Positions 1 to 12,400 are shown, numbered from the whole stretch's first letter. The stretch: DNA of 60,278 nt, filler included, from Stramenopiles sp. TOSAG23-6 (GCA_900128565.1; 14 parts of 14 records of this genome joined end to end with filler, not necessarily neighbours in it), one strand, 5' to 3'. Program-made: numbers and translations. Notes: generated by a model not told the origin, from the sequence alone.

Positions 1-52
1 CAAAATTTCGTACGAAAAAAAAATAAATTTGAAATTCATAATGAAAACGTAC

Positions 53-1722
53 TTGTATTGTTTTTGCCGAGACAAGTTCTTGATTCAGTTGTAGGCTTGT
101 TCTCCTTGTTTTTCCAGACAAATTTTGTGTCATTTATATGTTCTACAATAGCAATAAAACCAAACATCATGGGGACAATGACAAAAGGATGTATGAGATA
201 TGTATTTTGGAAAAATATTATTTTTTTTTACCGAAAAAAAAATTGTTAGGTACAAAATTTGGTACAAAACAAAATTCGAAATTCAATTTTGAAAACGTAC
301 ATACTCCGTACAGAGCTTTACCCATAGTCTTTAGCATGGGTGACGTGAAATTGAAATTTGTTTTGAAGAGATCAACAACTGTAAATATCAGAACTCCAGC
401 TGCCCAGCCAAGATATAAACCTACTCCTGCTAATATTCCTGCCATCTGTAGCATTGGTAATTCTTCCTTCCTATCACGCGGCGTTTTTCCTTTGGCAACA
501 CAATGATCTGCGGGCATCATTATCTCCAAGCCTTTGACCTCAAAGAAGTATAGAAGCGCCATAGCAGTCATTATAATTACAATAATAAGTATTGAAAGTA
601 CTCGCGCCATAAACTTTTCTCTTTGAGGAATATCTTTATCAAACCACTTTCCATTTTTTGCCCAAACACCACAACAGAAAAGAAGTATGTCAAAAGGTAA
701 GGCACCAAACGACATTGGAAGGAAGATAAAATTTGGTATACCTGCAGCCATTGGAATCCATTGAATCAGTCCAACACCTAAACCAACAAGTTGGCACGTA
801 ACAAGCGAAGGCCTAGCAAATATGTATGTATCACCACCAATACATGTATTGTGAAAAAATATATTTTTATATTTGTTTTTGTTAGGTACGAAATTTCGTA
901 TGAAACCAAAAAAAAAATAAATTCGAAATTGAAAAAAAATAAAACGTACATACATATGCAAGATTGAAGATTAGCACCCAAGCAAGAAACCATGCTGGTC
1001 CTGGATCTGGCATATAGCTGTAGCTGTGTTTCGTGATTACCTCCTTAATGAACATATTACATCCAATTGGGTAGAGAAACAAGACCATGATTACCAGTGG
1101 CATGGATTATGAAAAAATATTTCAAAAAAAAATCGTTAGGTACAAAATTTCGTACTAATTCGAAATTCATAATGAAAAACGTACATGTTGATCGGTATAA
1201 CCCTACGCCGACAGAGAAACCAAAGCCTGTAAACATGGTTGTCACATGATGATATACCACCAATGCAGTGAGAACAATTTTGAGGTTATCTATGAAGTCG
1301 AGCCTTTTTGTCTTTTTTGCGGGTTGTGCTGCCTTTTCTGCATCTGCATTTGAGTTGGGCAATCCAACAGCTACCTCAATTGAATTTTTTGGTTCTACCT
1401 CAGTTGATTTTTTTGGTTCTACCTCAGTTGATTTTTTTGATTCTTCAACTACATCGGATACGGTCAATCCATTAGGTACTACAATTGGATTTTCTGAATT
1501 AGTTTCAGTCTTTTTTGTCTCAGGTCCCTCTTCCTCTTTTCGATCAAAAGGACGCAGTTTCGTGCATTCGAAGACAAAGATGGAGAGAATAGTAAACGCA
1601 ATGAAGAGTATACAAAAGACTTTGTTCAAAAGCGGCAAAATTGCACAAAGCGCAAGTCCGACAAGGCAGAGTAAAGTTATAATAATTGTAGCATTTTTTT
1701 TACCGCAGCATCCTGTTGGCAT
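53..1722 (-). CDS. Acyltransferase-3 (OpgC-like) membrane protein, multi-exon, 3' partial
   Basis: Motifs RLDFIDNLKIVLTALVVYHH, PGPAWFLAWVL and ALYGVYLIHPF (the last restored only by removing 200-300). Exons 1722-1185, 1101-950, 843-301, 199-53; an internal exon appears to be missing at 1102-1184. Confidence 0.75.
200..300 (-). mobile_element. Introner-like intron GT..AT (101 nt)
   Basis: AT|GTACGT...TACCTAAC...AAAATACAT|; removal gives YGVYLIHPF. Confidence 0.9.
844..949 (-). mobile_element. Introner-like intron GT..AT (106 nt)
   Basis: AT|GTACGT...CAATACAT|; removal gives in-frame NLAYVCIGGD. Confidence 0.85.
1102..1184 (-). mobile_element. Introner-like intron GT..AT (83 nt), flanking exon phases incompatible
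   Basis: Full consensus present, but upstream exon ends in phase 1 and downstream needs phase 2. Confidence 0.7.
1371..1438. repeat. 24-bp coding tandem repeat (KKSTEVEP), ~3 copies
   Basis: ctacctcagttgatttttttggtt units. Confidence 0.8.
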
Positions 1723-2014
1723 TTTTCTGAGAGTATTTTAACGTTACCGACAAAAGATATGTAAAAAGATACATGAGATACATATGTAGAAAAAAAAAAT
1801 CCAAAGTCACCGACAAAGAAACGGATCTTTTGTTACCCGGGTACAAAAAACAAAAATTCGAATGGTCCTCGTCAGCTGCTTCGGCTGGTCTCTCTCTTGA
1901 TAAAATATTTTGTTGTTGCATGCGCACAGAACTTTCTGTGTCTCTTCTCACAGTCATTCATTGTTTGTCTTCCTTTCTTCTAAAATTGACTTAGGAATAC
2001 TGAGTGTTTTCAAC

Positions 2015-3860
2015 ATGTCAAGTGATACAGAGGAAACTTCAATTTATCAGTTTAGTGCACAAGGCTTCACTCTTAATAATGGAAGTTGGAAGCCACTTGC
2101 TGGCGAGCATTGGCTAGACGTTCAGCTGTTCTATAGTTTCGTTGACGAAGACTTTCGGTTAGTAGCGTGGGATACTGAAACTGATACAGTTGTAATCAAC
2201 AATTATCTTACTGCGGATTGTAAATGGATGTCCGTTTCCGCAAATTTTTCCTGGATTTCTACGGAAGGCTGTGACTTAATAGGCTTCAGTTTTGTCGATC
2301 AACCTAGCACTGAGCGAACAAACGAATGTATGATTCGCACTTTGAATAAACTGGTGGGCTCAAATCGAACAGCATCTTCAAATAACTTAAAGTCAAATGG
2401 CTGTGAAAGTCCATCTGTACGGAATGCTGCGCGCCGTGCATCCGAGCGCCGCAGTAGAGGTCTAAGTTTAAGTACAACTGCGCTTGCTAGAAAGTATAGT
2501 AGAAATAGAAACTCAGTGTCTAAGAAAGCTTCCCCTCAACACGTTCAAGGTGTTCCAAACCTTCCTAACACTCCAATGCCGCCATTGTCAACATTGCAAC
2601 ATTCTCTACAAATTCTTCATGGAAATTCATCAAAAGTTGAAACAAATGTCTCTAGAATGAATAGCCGTCCAATGTCAAGACTCACGGAAGATGAAAGTGT
2701 AGAAAATATAGCCTTGGAGGATGTCGGTGTAAAGGATATACTCAACGACGTCATCCTTAGTCCACATGGATCTCCCCCAGTTACTCAAAAACGTCTCGGT
2801 CGGCTCGCGCGAACGTCCACAATACCAGAAATCCTAAAGAGATCAAATGCTGGAGATCCCGATGGACCTGTGTCTAAACCATATGACGTGCAACATGTAT
2901 ATTTTCATCATTTTTTACATGTTTCACCAATATTTTTTTTTCATACGAAATTTCGTACCTAACAAGAAAAATTAATTTTTTTTTGAAATATTTTCACCAA
3001 TATATGTCAGCGCTGTCCAATTTGACCCGACGTGGTGCTCTTTTTTGAATGTGCCAAATGGAATGGAAACAGCTTTTAATTGTCAGTTTGGATTACCATT
3101 ATCTGCATATCCTTCCACCAAAGTTACTGGATATACTCGACCGATACCTTGTATGTTTTCATCATTTATTTTTGTTTACCTACATTTTTTTTTTTTTTTT
3201 AGGTAAATTTTTTTTTGGGTTTCTACTTTTTCATCATGAATTTCATTTTTATGATTTTTATGATTTTTATGAAATTTAGTTTTTTGTTCCTAAATAATAC
3301 TGTAGTAACAAAAAAATCAAATTTTTGAAATAGTTTTCAACAATAAATGTATTTTACTCATGCTTTCAAGATTACTAATAAATTCTGGTGGACTCAATGG
3401 AGAGGGAATATTTCGATTAGCTCCGGATAAGAATGAGAGAAACAAATCCATCGAACAAATCAATCGTGGTACCTTCCGTGGTGGCGATGGTGACGTTAAT
3501 TTATATGCTAATTTAATCAAGGTTTGGTTCCGAGATTTACCAAATGGAATTTTGAATGCCATCGACGAAAAGACAATAGAAATGGTAGCTGATGAAGGTG
3601 GCATTAAAAAAGCAGGGCAATTTGTCATTTCCCTCCCAGAGCCTAATAAAACAATATTTTTGTGGTTATTGGATCTCATGGAAAAAGTAGTACTAAATAA
3701 CCACGTCAATAGAATGAAACCTCGTGCACTGGCAATTGTGATTGCTCCAAATTTGTACAAACCTGCTGATGGTGCTAATCCTATTATTATGATGCAATTT
3801 TCTGGAAAAGTTGTACGTTGTCTTATTGAGTGCTTAGAATGGAGAATGACAACAAAATGA
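2015..3860 (+). CDS. EVH1/PH-like + CRIB + RhoGAP protein (3 exons)
   Basis: CRIB-like VSKPYDVQH|VSAVQFD restored by removing 2897-3005; RhoGAP motifs EGIFRL, ANLIKVWFRDLP, NRMKPRALAIVIAPNL; N-terminal domain call weaker. Confidence 0.8.
2897..3005 (+). mobile_element. Introner-like intron GT..AT (109 nt)
   Basis: AT|GTATAT...TACCTAAC...CAATATAT|; splits the CRIB motif. Confidence 0.85.
3151..3348 (+). other. Degenerate intron GT..AT (alternative in-frame AG at 3333)
   Basis: Removal gives PIPCILLML; the AG option adds FFNNK. Confidence 0.6.
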
Positions 3861-3975
3861 AGTTAATTATGTAAAAGACTCATATTAAGAATTGCGATTA
3901 TTTAATTTTAGAAAACTTTTTGAAGCAGATTGTATTAAAATTTAACAAAACAAATTCCAATTTTTAATTTTTAAT

Positions 3976-4159
3976 TTATTGTTTTTTTGCAGATATAATC
4001 GCTCGGGTTTCAAGTGTAGTTGCTGGTTCCCTACCCGTCTCTCTACACACTTTTACGAGTTCTCTAATTAATCTCGCATTTGAACCAGCTCTAGATCCAT
4101 CTGGGAGATAAAAAGTGTCTTCTAATCCTGTACGTACATTTCCTCCCAATTCCGAAGCC
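3976..4159 (-). CDS. Beta-keto acid cleavage enzyme (BKACE/DUF849), last exon
   Basis: ELGGNVRTGLEDTFYLPDG...SNARLI...GREPAT; preceded by a partial intron ending CAATACGT at 4160. Confidence 0.75.
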
Positions 4160-4240
4160 ACGTATTGTGAAAAGCATGGAAAAAAAATCGTTAGGTACGA
4201 AATTTCGTATGAAAAAAAAATCGAAATTGGTAAAAAATTG

Positions 4241-4340
4241 NNNNNNNNNNNNNNNNNNNNNNNNNNNNNNNNNNNNNNNNNNNNTTAATTAATTAANNNN
4301 NNNNNNNNNNNNNNNNNNNNNNNNNNNNNNNNNNNNNNNN
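4241..4340. other. Artificial contig spacer (N-run TTAATTAATTAA N-run), recurring about every 4.3 kb
   Basis: Identical six-frame-stop linker also at ~8574, 12892, 17208, 21524, 25837, 30147, 34454, 38761, 43068, 47373, 51677, 55978. Confidence 0.97.
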
Positions 4341-4418
4341 TCGNTTTTTTTTTTCGTACGAAATTTTGTACCNAANAANTTNAAGTNTTTTTTTTTGAAA
4401 TATTTTTACAAAACACAT

Positions 4419-4523
4419 GACTTAGCTGTAGAGCAAGACTACCACGAAGCGGCACATCTCATACAAAATCAATCAAATAGAAATGAAAAACATTCTTCAA
4501 GGCAATATAGAAGTCGCTTATAG
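4419..4523 (+). CDS. Short terminal exon of unknown gene
   Basis: Follows a partial intron ending AAACACAT; open to TAG. Confidence 0.4.
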   Translation, partial: DLAVEQDYHEAAHLIQNQSNRNEKHSSRQYRSRL

Positions 4524-4621
4524 TTAGTATATACATAAAATATTCTACCAAAAGTTATATAAATTTGTTTTATTTTTTTTTTAGATATTTCGTATTTTTT
4601 TTAGTTAGGGTTAGGGTTAGT

Positions 4622-6582
4622 TTATCCCAACCAGGGTGATAAAGTTCTACAAAATGATTCACTGCCATTTTCTTTGAATGTTTCTGTTAAAACTTCATAT
4701 CTAATTTGCAACAATCGAAACACAGCGGCAGAGCGTTGTAACTGTTCAACACTTGCATTAGGCCCTTGCTTATCCGGATGGCAAATACGTAGAGCAAATT
4801 GATAGCCACATATATTGTGAAAAAAAAAAATTTTACCAAAAAAAAAAAATCGTTAGGTACGAAATTTCGTACGAAAAAAAAAAATTTAAAAAAAAATTAG
4901 AAATTCATATAAAATGTACGCCGAATGTCACGAAGTGTGACGAGTTCCCCAACCTCTGGACCTTTAAAGTGAATTTGTTTTCCTTGATTTTGTAAAGCAT
5001 AAAATATGAACAAATAAATAAAAAATAATTTTACAAAATTTTGTATGAAAAAAAAATTAAAATTCATGAGAGAGATTTTGTATGAAAAAAAATAAATTCA
5101 AATTCATTAGGTACAAAATTTTGTATGAAAAAAATAAATTAAAATCTATGAGAGAGTGACATACAGAAAAACCAAATATAGGAATATGGATATTTTCGAT
5201 AAGGGATAGAAAATCAAGCCCAGAAGACCAAAGTCGAATTTTATCATCTATTGTTTGTGTATTATCATTTGAAGAAGAATTGTACATATATTGTGAAATT
5301 TTTTTTTTGNAAANTTTNTTNGNTACAAAATTTCGTACGAAAAAAAAAATTCGATTTTTCTGTAAAAAAAAAAATGAAACATACATAGGTGGACGGATCT
5401 TATTCTTCGAAAAACGAGCTCTAACCTCAACCATTTTATTCATTTCTTCAATAGCACGTCCAGAATTAAAATGTCCTCGTTCCATACGGGATATACATAT
5501 ATTGTAAAAAAATATTTTTTTTTTTTGAAAATTTTAATTTTTTTGTTAGGTACAAAATTTCGTATGAAAAAAAAATATATTCGAAATTGAAAAAACATTG
5601 AAAAAATAAAATAAAACATACGTTCACGTTCCATATCACGTTCTTTTTCTCTCCTTTCATCCTCCAATTGCATTTGGCTTTCGTATTGAATATCCATATC
5701 ATCATCTATAGTATTACGTCCATTACTATATTTGATATCACGTGAATACTGATCTCTTCTTTGGTTACCTCTTTGATAAGAGGTAGAGTTAGGCTCACGA
5801 CTAATCTGTTGTTTCTCCAACATTGTAGCTAGTGAGCTTGATCGTTCACGATTAGTTCTTCTTTTATTATTTCTTTTAGAATTACTTGTTATTTTCTTTG
5901 CATCAATTGTTAAAACACCAGGAATGTGGGTTGGTTTTTGTAAATTACTAGATTCATTCATCTTTGAAATACCACTACCAATAGCACCATGTGGTGATTT
6001 ATTCTTTGTACCACGTTGTGGTGATTGATTAGGTAAAGGTGCCGACATGGGTGGTTGAACAGTGGATAGTTCATCAATGGAACTACCTGGAACAACAACA
6101 ATAGGATGCTTACTTGTTTGTTCCGTAGCATTTTTGTGATGCGAACGGTAGTGGTGCTGCTGACGTGAATTCTTCAGGTTATTCTGCTTGTTTTCGTAGC
6201 CATGTTTACCAGTCTGTGGTTTAGTTTCATTCGAGTTACCACGAGGCTTTCGTTTCTGACGTTTCATTTTCATTTTCATCTTTTTCTTTTTACCACTTTC
6301 AGAATCGCCCGCATGACCATGGCTGCGCTCATGTTTAGCTTTTTTATGATGAACCTGTTCAGACTGATGTTGACTATTTGCTTCCTTTTCATTTACAGAA
6401 CGGACTTTTGAACTTTTATTTTTTCCACGCCCACGTCCACGGCCACGGCCTCCGTTACCTGACCCAGTACCTTGCCCTCGGCCACGTCCACGACCACGAC
6501 CTCGTCCACGTCCACGACCACGACCATGATGACGTTTCTTTTTTGCTGCAGGGGCTGCAGGGGGTGCAATAGAATCTTCCAT
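4622..6582 (-). CDS. Low-complexity (GR-repeat) protein with C-terminal J domain (5 exons)
   Basis: Splicing 5497-5621, 5286-5384, 4999-5164 and 4810-4919 gives one frame ending RDIRRGYQFALRICHPDK... Confidence 0.75.
4810..4919 (-). mobile_element. Introner-like intron GT..AT (110 nt)
   Basis: GC|GTACAT...CAATATAT|; restores J-domain helix II and HPD. Confidence 0.8.
4999..5164 (-). other. Degenerate family intron GT..AT (166 nt) with internal duplications
   Basis: CT|GTATGT...TTTTAT|GCT in frame; no AG near the 3' end. Confidence 0.65.
5286..5384 (-). mobile_element. Introner-like intron GT..AT (99 nt)
   Basis: AT|GTATGT...CAATATAT|; in frame. Confidence 0.8.
5497..5621 (-). mobile_element. 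Introner-like intron GT..AT (125 nt)
   Basis: AC|GTATGT...CAATATAT|; gives MERERISRMERG. Confidence 0.8.
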
Positions 6583-6765
6583 GAATTTATAAAGAGCCGC
6601 AGAAGGCAGACAGAACAAACAACAAGGGGCAGTCAAGACTCAAGTGAAGTCAGTCAGTGAAAAAAAAAATGAACAACTATAAAAAAGAGTCTCACGGAAC
6701 ACTCATATTTCGTGTTATATCCGTCGGAAACAAAAAGATCGGAATTCGTGTTTCGGGGAAAGATG

Positions 6766-6780
6766 CCCTAACCCTAACTA
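6766..6780. promoter_or_regulatory. Telomere-like (CCCTAA)2 box in divergent promoter
   Basis: ccctaaccctaac between head-to-head genes; same arrangement at 13541 and 54788. Confidence 0.4.
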
Positions 6781-7086
6781 CACAGTGGGTAGCAAAATTG
6801 AGTGGTGAGTAGCAAAAAATTGGATCACCTCTCTTGTCGACTTTGAAGAACACACCAATAACACACAGTTCTTTTACACTCTTCTTAAACACAAAACACA
6901 CTCGCGTCTTCGTCTATTTACTTCGAATAACGCAACACCCAAAATTTTAAATAACAAAGAGCACCCAGACTATCTTATTTTCTATTACTCGGATCATAAT
7001 TTAATTACCCTACACACGCAAGCTTCATACAAAGAAATATACGTAATTTCCGATTCAAAAAGTATTAACTGTAAAACAAAATAAAG

Positions 7087-7996
7087 ATGTCTTTTATTGC
7101 TATTAAAAAAGTTACACACGTCGCCGCGTCAAATGTATTACACGCTAGTCGTACATTTGGAGCAGTCGCTGCTACGGCTGATCACATTGAAAGGGAGTTA
7201 CCTAAAGTAGTCCCTGCGCCGCATCCAAACTCACAACTTGGAGCTGAGCCAACCGATGCTTGGTTCTCGGAGGAAACTTTCATGTCAAACTCAGAGTCAA
7301 TGGTCGAGGTCATGCGTGCTCAAGGTGTTACCGACTGTTTTGGTATTGTAGGTAGTGCATTTATGGACACGCTTGACATTATGGAACCTGCGGGGATTCG
7401 TTTTGTCTCTGTTCAACATGAACAAAATGCTGCGCATATGGCAGATGGCTATGCGAGAACGTCTGACAAGCATGGTGTTTGCATTGCCCAGAATGGTCCT
7501 GGTATATCTAACTTCATCACAGGTATCGGTGCTGCATATTGGGCGCACAGCCCTGTCGTTTGTATCACTCCTGAAGCTGGAACAAAAACAATGGGCCTCG
7601 GAGGGTTCCAAGAACTGGACCAAATTCCTGTTTTTTCTACTGTAACCAAATCTCAGTGGCACGTGAATAATCCTACACGTCTCATGGAAATGACAGCAAA
7701 CGCGTTCGATTATGCTCGTTTTGATCGTGGACCTACTCAATTAAACATCCCTAGAGATTATTTTTACCACGATGATTCGTATAAGGTACCTCTTCCTAAG
7801 AAATTGAGCCACTCGAAAGGACCCGATGCACGTTTACAGGAAGCTGCAGAGCTAATTGCTAACGCAGAAAATCCTGTTATCCTTGCTGGTGGTGGTGTTT
7901 GTATGGGTAATGCTGTTGAAGAAGTGAAAGCACTTTCTGAATTTCTTGGAGCTCCTGTAGCAACGACATATTTACACAACGATGCGTTCCCTGCGT
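7087..7996 (+). CDS. xsc: Sulfoacetaldehyde acetyltransferase (ThDP-dependent), N-terminal half, with probable mitochondrial presequence
   Basis: FGIVGSAFMD, HEQNAAHMADGYAR, QNGPGISN, AAYWAHSPVV, TYLHNDAFPA; ~60-aa N-terminal extension. Confidence 0.85.
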
Positions 7997-8094
7997 GTAT
8001 GTTTTATTTTTTTTTTTTCAATTTTGAATATTTTTTTCGTACGAAATTTTGTACCTAACGATTTTTTTTTTTTAAATATTTTTCCAAAATACAT
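7997..8094 (+). mobile_element. Introner-like intron, probably a chimeric join
   Basis: GT|GTATGT...AAAATACAT|; downstream sequence is not Xsc and splicing creates TGA. Confidence 0.7.
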
Positions 8095-8265
8095 GATTTA
8101 GCAAAATGGGGAAGAAAATTGTTAAAAACTACCTTAGCTCATGTGGCATTTACTGGAGCATTAGATAATTTAGAAGATTTTTAAGCATTTACTGGAGCAT
8201 TATATAGAGAAGATTTTAAAGTAAAAAAAAATATCTAAAAATATATTATTTCTACATTCTAATTT

Positions 8266-8517
8266 TTATTTTTTATTATAATGTCGTTTTTTACGTTTTG
8301 TTGTAGTTTTATTCAACCATTCTTTCCGTACTTTAACTTTATTTGGTTTTCTTCGTTTTATTGCTTTCATTGATTCATCTTCTCTATCATCATCACTTTC
8401 ATCACAATGACCATCAGAATCAAACCCATCCAATTTTCTAATTTCTTTTTCATATTCATCTTTTGATAACTTACCAGATCTAAATTTTTTATATAATCTT
8501 TCTTCCATGGCAAGGTT
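8266..8517 (-). CDS. Terminal exon, charged low-complexity protein
   Basis: Follows a partial family intron ending AAAATACAC at 8518. Confidence 0.55.
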   Translation of the reverse strand, partial: NLAMEERLYKKFRSGKLSKDEYEKEIRKLDGFDSDGHCDESDDDREDESMKAIKRRKPNKVKVRKEWLNKTTTKRKKRHYNKK

Positions 8518-8673
8518 GTGTATTTTGGAAAAATATTTCAAAAAAAATCTAAAAAAAATTGTTAGGTACAAAANNNNNNNNNNNNNNNNNNNNNNNNNNN
8601 NNNNNNNNNNNNNNNNNTTAATTAATTAANNNNNNNNNNNNNNNNNNNNNNNNNNNNNNNNNNNNNNNNNNNN

Positions 8674-9243
8674 ATAAAAAAGTGCATCAGCAAAAGCAGC
8701 TAGAATAGAGCAAAAGAATCCCAAGAACACCAAAATATTGTACTGTGAGCTCCGGATCCCATCTATACCAGAAACCCCAATAGCAAAAGAAATAGTTACG
8801 ACTGCAATTATTTTATTCCAGCTAAGTTTTTGATGAAGAAGTATTTTTCGAAGTATGGCTACAAATACAGTAAGAGAACTAAACGCTATTATAAACAAAC
8901 TACTTTTTGCCCATGTCAAGCCCGCAGTTGCAAATATAGTATCTCCTACGTCTGCAAAAATAATAGGAAGTGTCGTTTTGAATATCGCAACGTACTGCCC
9001 ACAAGACCGATGCATATTTCGAGGATTTATGCGTCCACACACAACCTGAAATACAAGACTAACTCCACAAACACTCAAGAAGCCTAAACCTTTTGCAATG
9101 CCTGCAATACCTGAATATGGACAACGCCAGTCAAAATAAACGTAATATGAGCTCCAAATAATACAACGCTTCGAAAGTTACACGCGGATATATTATTTCC
9201 CTGTATGCTGTGTGTATCTGGAAGAATTATCCTATTAAACATT
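8674..9243 (-). CDS. DMT/nucleotide-sugar-transporter-like membrane protein, partial; 5' structure unresolved
   Basis: Hydrophobic ORF with AGLTWAKSSLFIIAFSSLTVFVAILRKILLHQKLSWNK; apparent frame change near 9090. Confidence 0.5.
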
Positions 9244-9449
9244 TTGGATAGATATTTGGCATTTAGTATTCAAACATGAACACAACCACGTTGTTTCATT
9301 TTTGTATTGTTCACATGAGTGATAGAACCGTGATAGGAACGCAGTGAGCGCGGGGATTAATTACCTAATTACCATAAATTTCTTTCAAAGAACAGCAGGT
9401 TTGTGATAATTTTTTTTCCAAAATTGCTAAAATATTTTTTATTTTTTTT

Positions 9450-12400
9450 TTAAACATGGTCACCAATTTCAAGGTATTCTCTCATTATCTCACATTCTCG
9501 TAATTTTTGAAGTGCATTTTCATTTAAATTTACATATTTACCAGTACTACAAATAAAATTTAAAAACTCCTGCCATAAATGAGATTGCCTTTCTAAACTA
9601 TCTCCAAGAGTTGTTTGTGGAGGAATATCAGTAGTTTCCAGATATAAATCGTGCATTTTTTGTACAAGTTTTCTTCGAAATGTTAAAAACTTTTCTCTAT
9701 TAAAACGAACAAACCAAGCCTGGCGCATCATAGTCACGTGAATATAAAAAGAGTCAGCGTTATGGAGCAGATTATTCATACTTCCAAATAGCTTCAAACT
9801 ATCGCCATTATTACTTTTTTTCTTTTTTAGAATGTTTCGTTTTCGAGACATGATGGGTGATGCACATTGAGTAGGTTCATCTAATATGATATGTGCACGC
9901 ATCTTTATACAACTTGTTTCTAAAAATTCAAAAATTTCACCTAAAAATAGTTTCAATATTGCTTTTAGCCATTTTGTAAGTGATTTTGCTCTTTTTACAA
10001 TGCCATGTTCTTGACGAAATACATTGAACATTCCTGTAGATATTAGATCAGGAATTCGGGGTACATCTAAAGCACCAGGACAATATTTCGATTGAAGTAA
10101 AGTATCAAATTTGACAAAATCATTGTCTGTTTTTCGTAGCTGATAAATATGACTGGCGTATTCAACAAACAATTTATATGAATATTGTTTTTCGTTTGAA
10201 ACTTTATCATTCAATGGGAGGACATTAATCTCGCATAATTCATCAGCATTTTGTAAATTAAGTAGAGCAGCAATTTTTTTTGACTCTTTTGATGATAATC
10301 CACGCATTGCGCAAACCTGTTCTAATTCTTTTCTACTTCCAAACTTTTGAAAAGTATCCTTAAATACCTTTGGAATATTTGAGCGTGGAACTGAACATAT
10401 GTGTAGTAATTTTTCCATTAGACGAAAATGATCTTTCACAAATTGCACATAAAAAGATGAATCACGATTAGCATAAAACTGCTCGTATTCAAGACGCATA
10501 CTTTCACTAATTGCTCTAGAATCTGTTTTGTGTAAATCTAAAAATACTTCTTTTAACTCGGCAATATCAGTCAGAGCACGATCTATCCCTGCACTTGTCA
10601 TAGGACTACAATTATTTATCACTATATTTGTGAATTCGGGAACAAAACTGCCAGCAAACCGATCACACACTGCAGCAAACAACATTTTATCTGATTCAGA
10701 TTCTCGAGATAAGCATATCTTTACAGAAGAAATATTATCAGATATCTTCTTTTTCAAATTTTGAAATGTTCGAAAATGAACTTCATCAAATGCATTTGAC
10801 ATGGTTGAATAGCGTAGTGCAATCGTTTGGTTCTCCACTGTATTGTGATTACGATTATTTCGTGCGACCGCATTTTTTAAAAGTTTTTTACTCTTCTTCC
10901 GTAAATTACTAATATTATTTGTATCTACCGCAATCGATTTTAATACAGATTTTTGTATAAATGCAACAACATACCCAATACCATTTTGCATTAGTGCACG
11001 AAACATTGATATTGGAGAGTCTAATACCCCATCGACATATGGACGATAATCATCACTCACAATTTCATCAATTAATTCTTCTTGCAATAATTCTAATTGA
11101 TCCGCTGCGTATTGTGCAGTGTTTAATACAACCATTACAATACCGCCACATGAATCTAATTTTACATCCGTTTTCTCATTCTTTATATTCTTACGACTAT
11201 TTGTTACCGTATTTATGACACGAAATACAGATTCATTGTTCGTTTGTAATCTAGATTCTAAAACACGGGAATATGCCTCCATTGAAACTTGTACACTTTC
11301 TACCATACGTACCAATGCCTTACCAACAGACATTCTTGTAGTTGAATCAATAAGTTTCTTTGTCCTTGCAAAAAAATCTCTTGCGTCACTAAATATTTTC
11401 TGTGATGAATCGACGACAAGAATGCCTTTTTTATACAATGTAGAATTTCGACTATTTTTTTTCTTTTCTTTTTTTTGAGATGAAGTGAGAGATAAATTTT
11501 CTAATTCATTAAATTTTGAAGATACTTCACTAACCAATTGTTGAACATGGGGTACTCCAGGAGATCCAGGTAGCCCATTTACATAAGATAACAATTCTTT
11601 TGCAGCAATACTAACTTGAGCTCTATAATACGGTTCAAATACGCCAGAAATACGACAATCAAATCGAAAACTACCTTGATCAACTTCATCAACATTTTTC
11701 TTTTCATTTTCAGACAATTTATCTAATTTTTGACGTTCTTCGAGGGCTATAATAGACGCAAATCTTGCATCACATTCCTCTTCGAATTTACGGGTAGATA
11801 TAACANNNNNNNNNNNNNNNNNNNGCTTCCCTAGTACTTACTCTTTGCCGACCACCAACAAGATCGTCTTCCGTGCCATCTTTTGCATCCCCACATACAT
11901 TTGCCGTACCAAAACCTGCATCACGTGTACTATAATCTAAATGTTGCCTTGTAACTGCACAAAATGCTCTACTAAATCGTATAGGTATTTGCCATTCCTC
12001 ATCGAATAATTCATGATCCTCACTAGAAATGGATGAAAATACACGCTTATACCATTGATATCTCCTAGGCACACTACACATATCAGCACCAATAGTTGCA
12101 TCTTCGTGAGTTCCAAAAATATTTGTATACGCCAATAAAACACTTTGTATGAAATTATCAGCAATTCTATCTCTCACATCACCTCCCAACTGATCAGCTA
12201 ACAAACACACACCAAACGGCAAAAATGCATTAACATTCACATCAGGATTAATTACATCTTCTACGAGAGATTCTATAGTACTCACTAATTTTGATGCTAC
12301 CCGTGATTCTAATATATGAAGTTGACGACTTAAGGAAGCCTCTGATGGTAATGCAGCATGTCGTGCTGAGTCTGTTATAGCAACCAACTCTAGCCTCAAT

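Noticed and set aside
9080-9243. Possible frameshift or tiny intron in the transporter gene
   Set aside because: Cannot distinguish sequencing error, pseudogene or unusual intron from the sequence alone.
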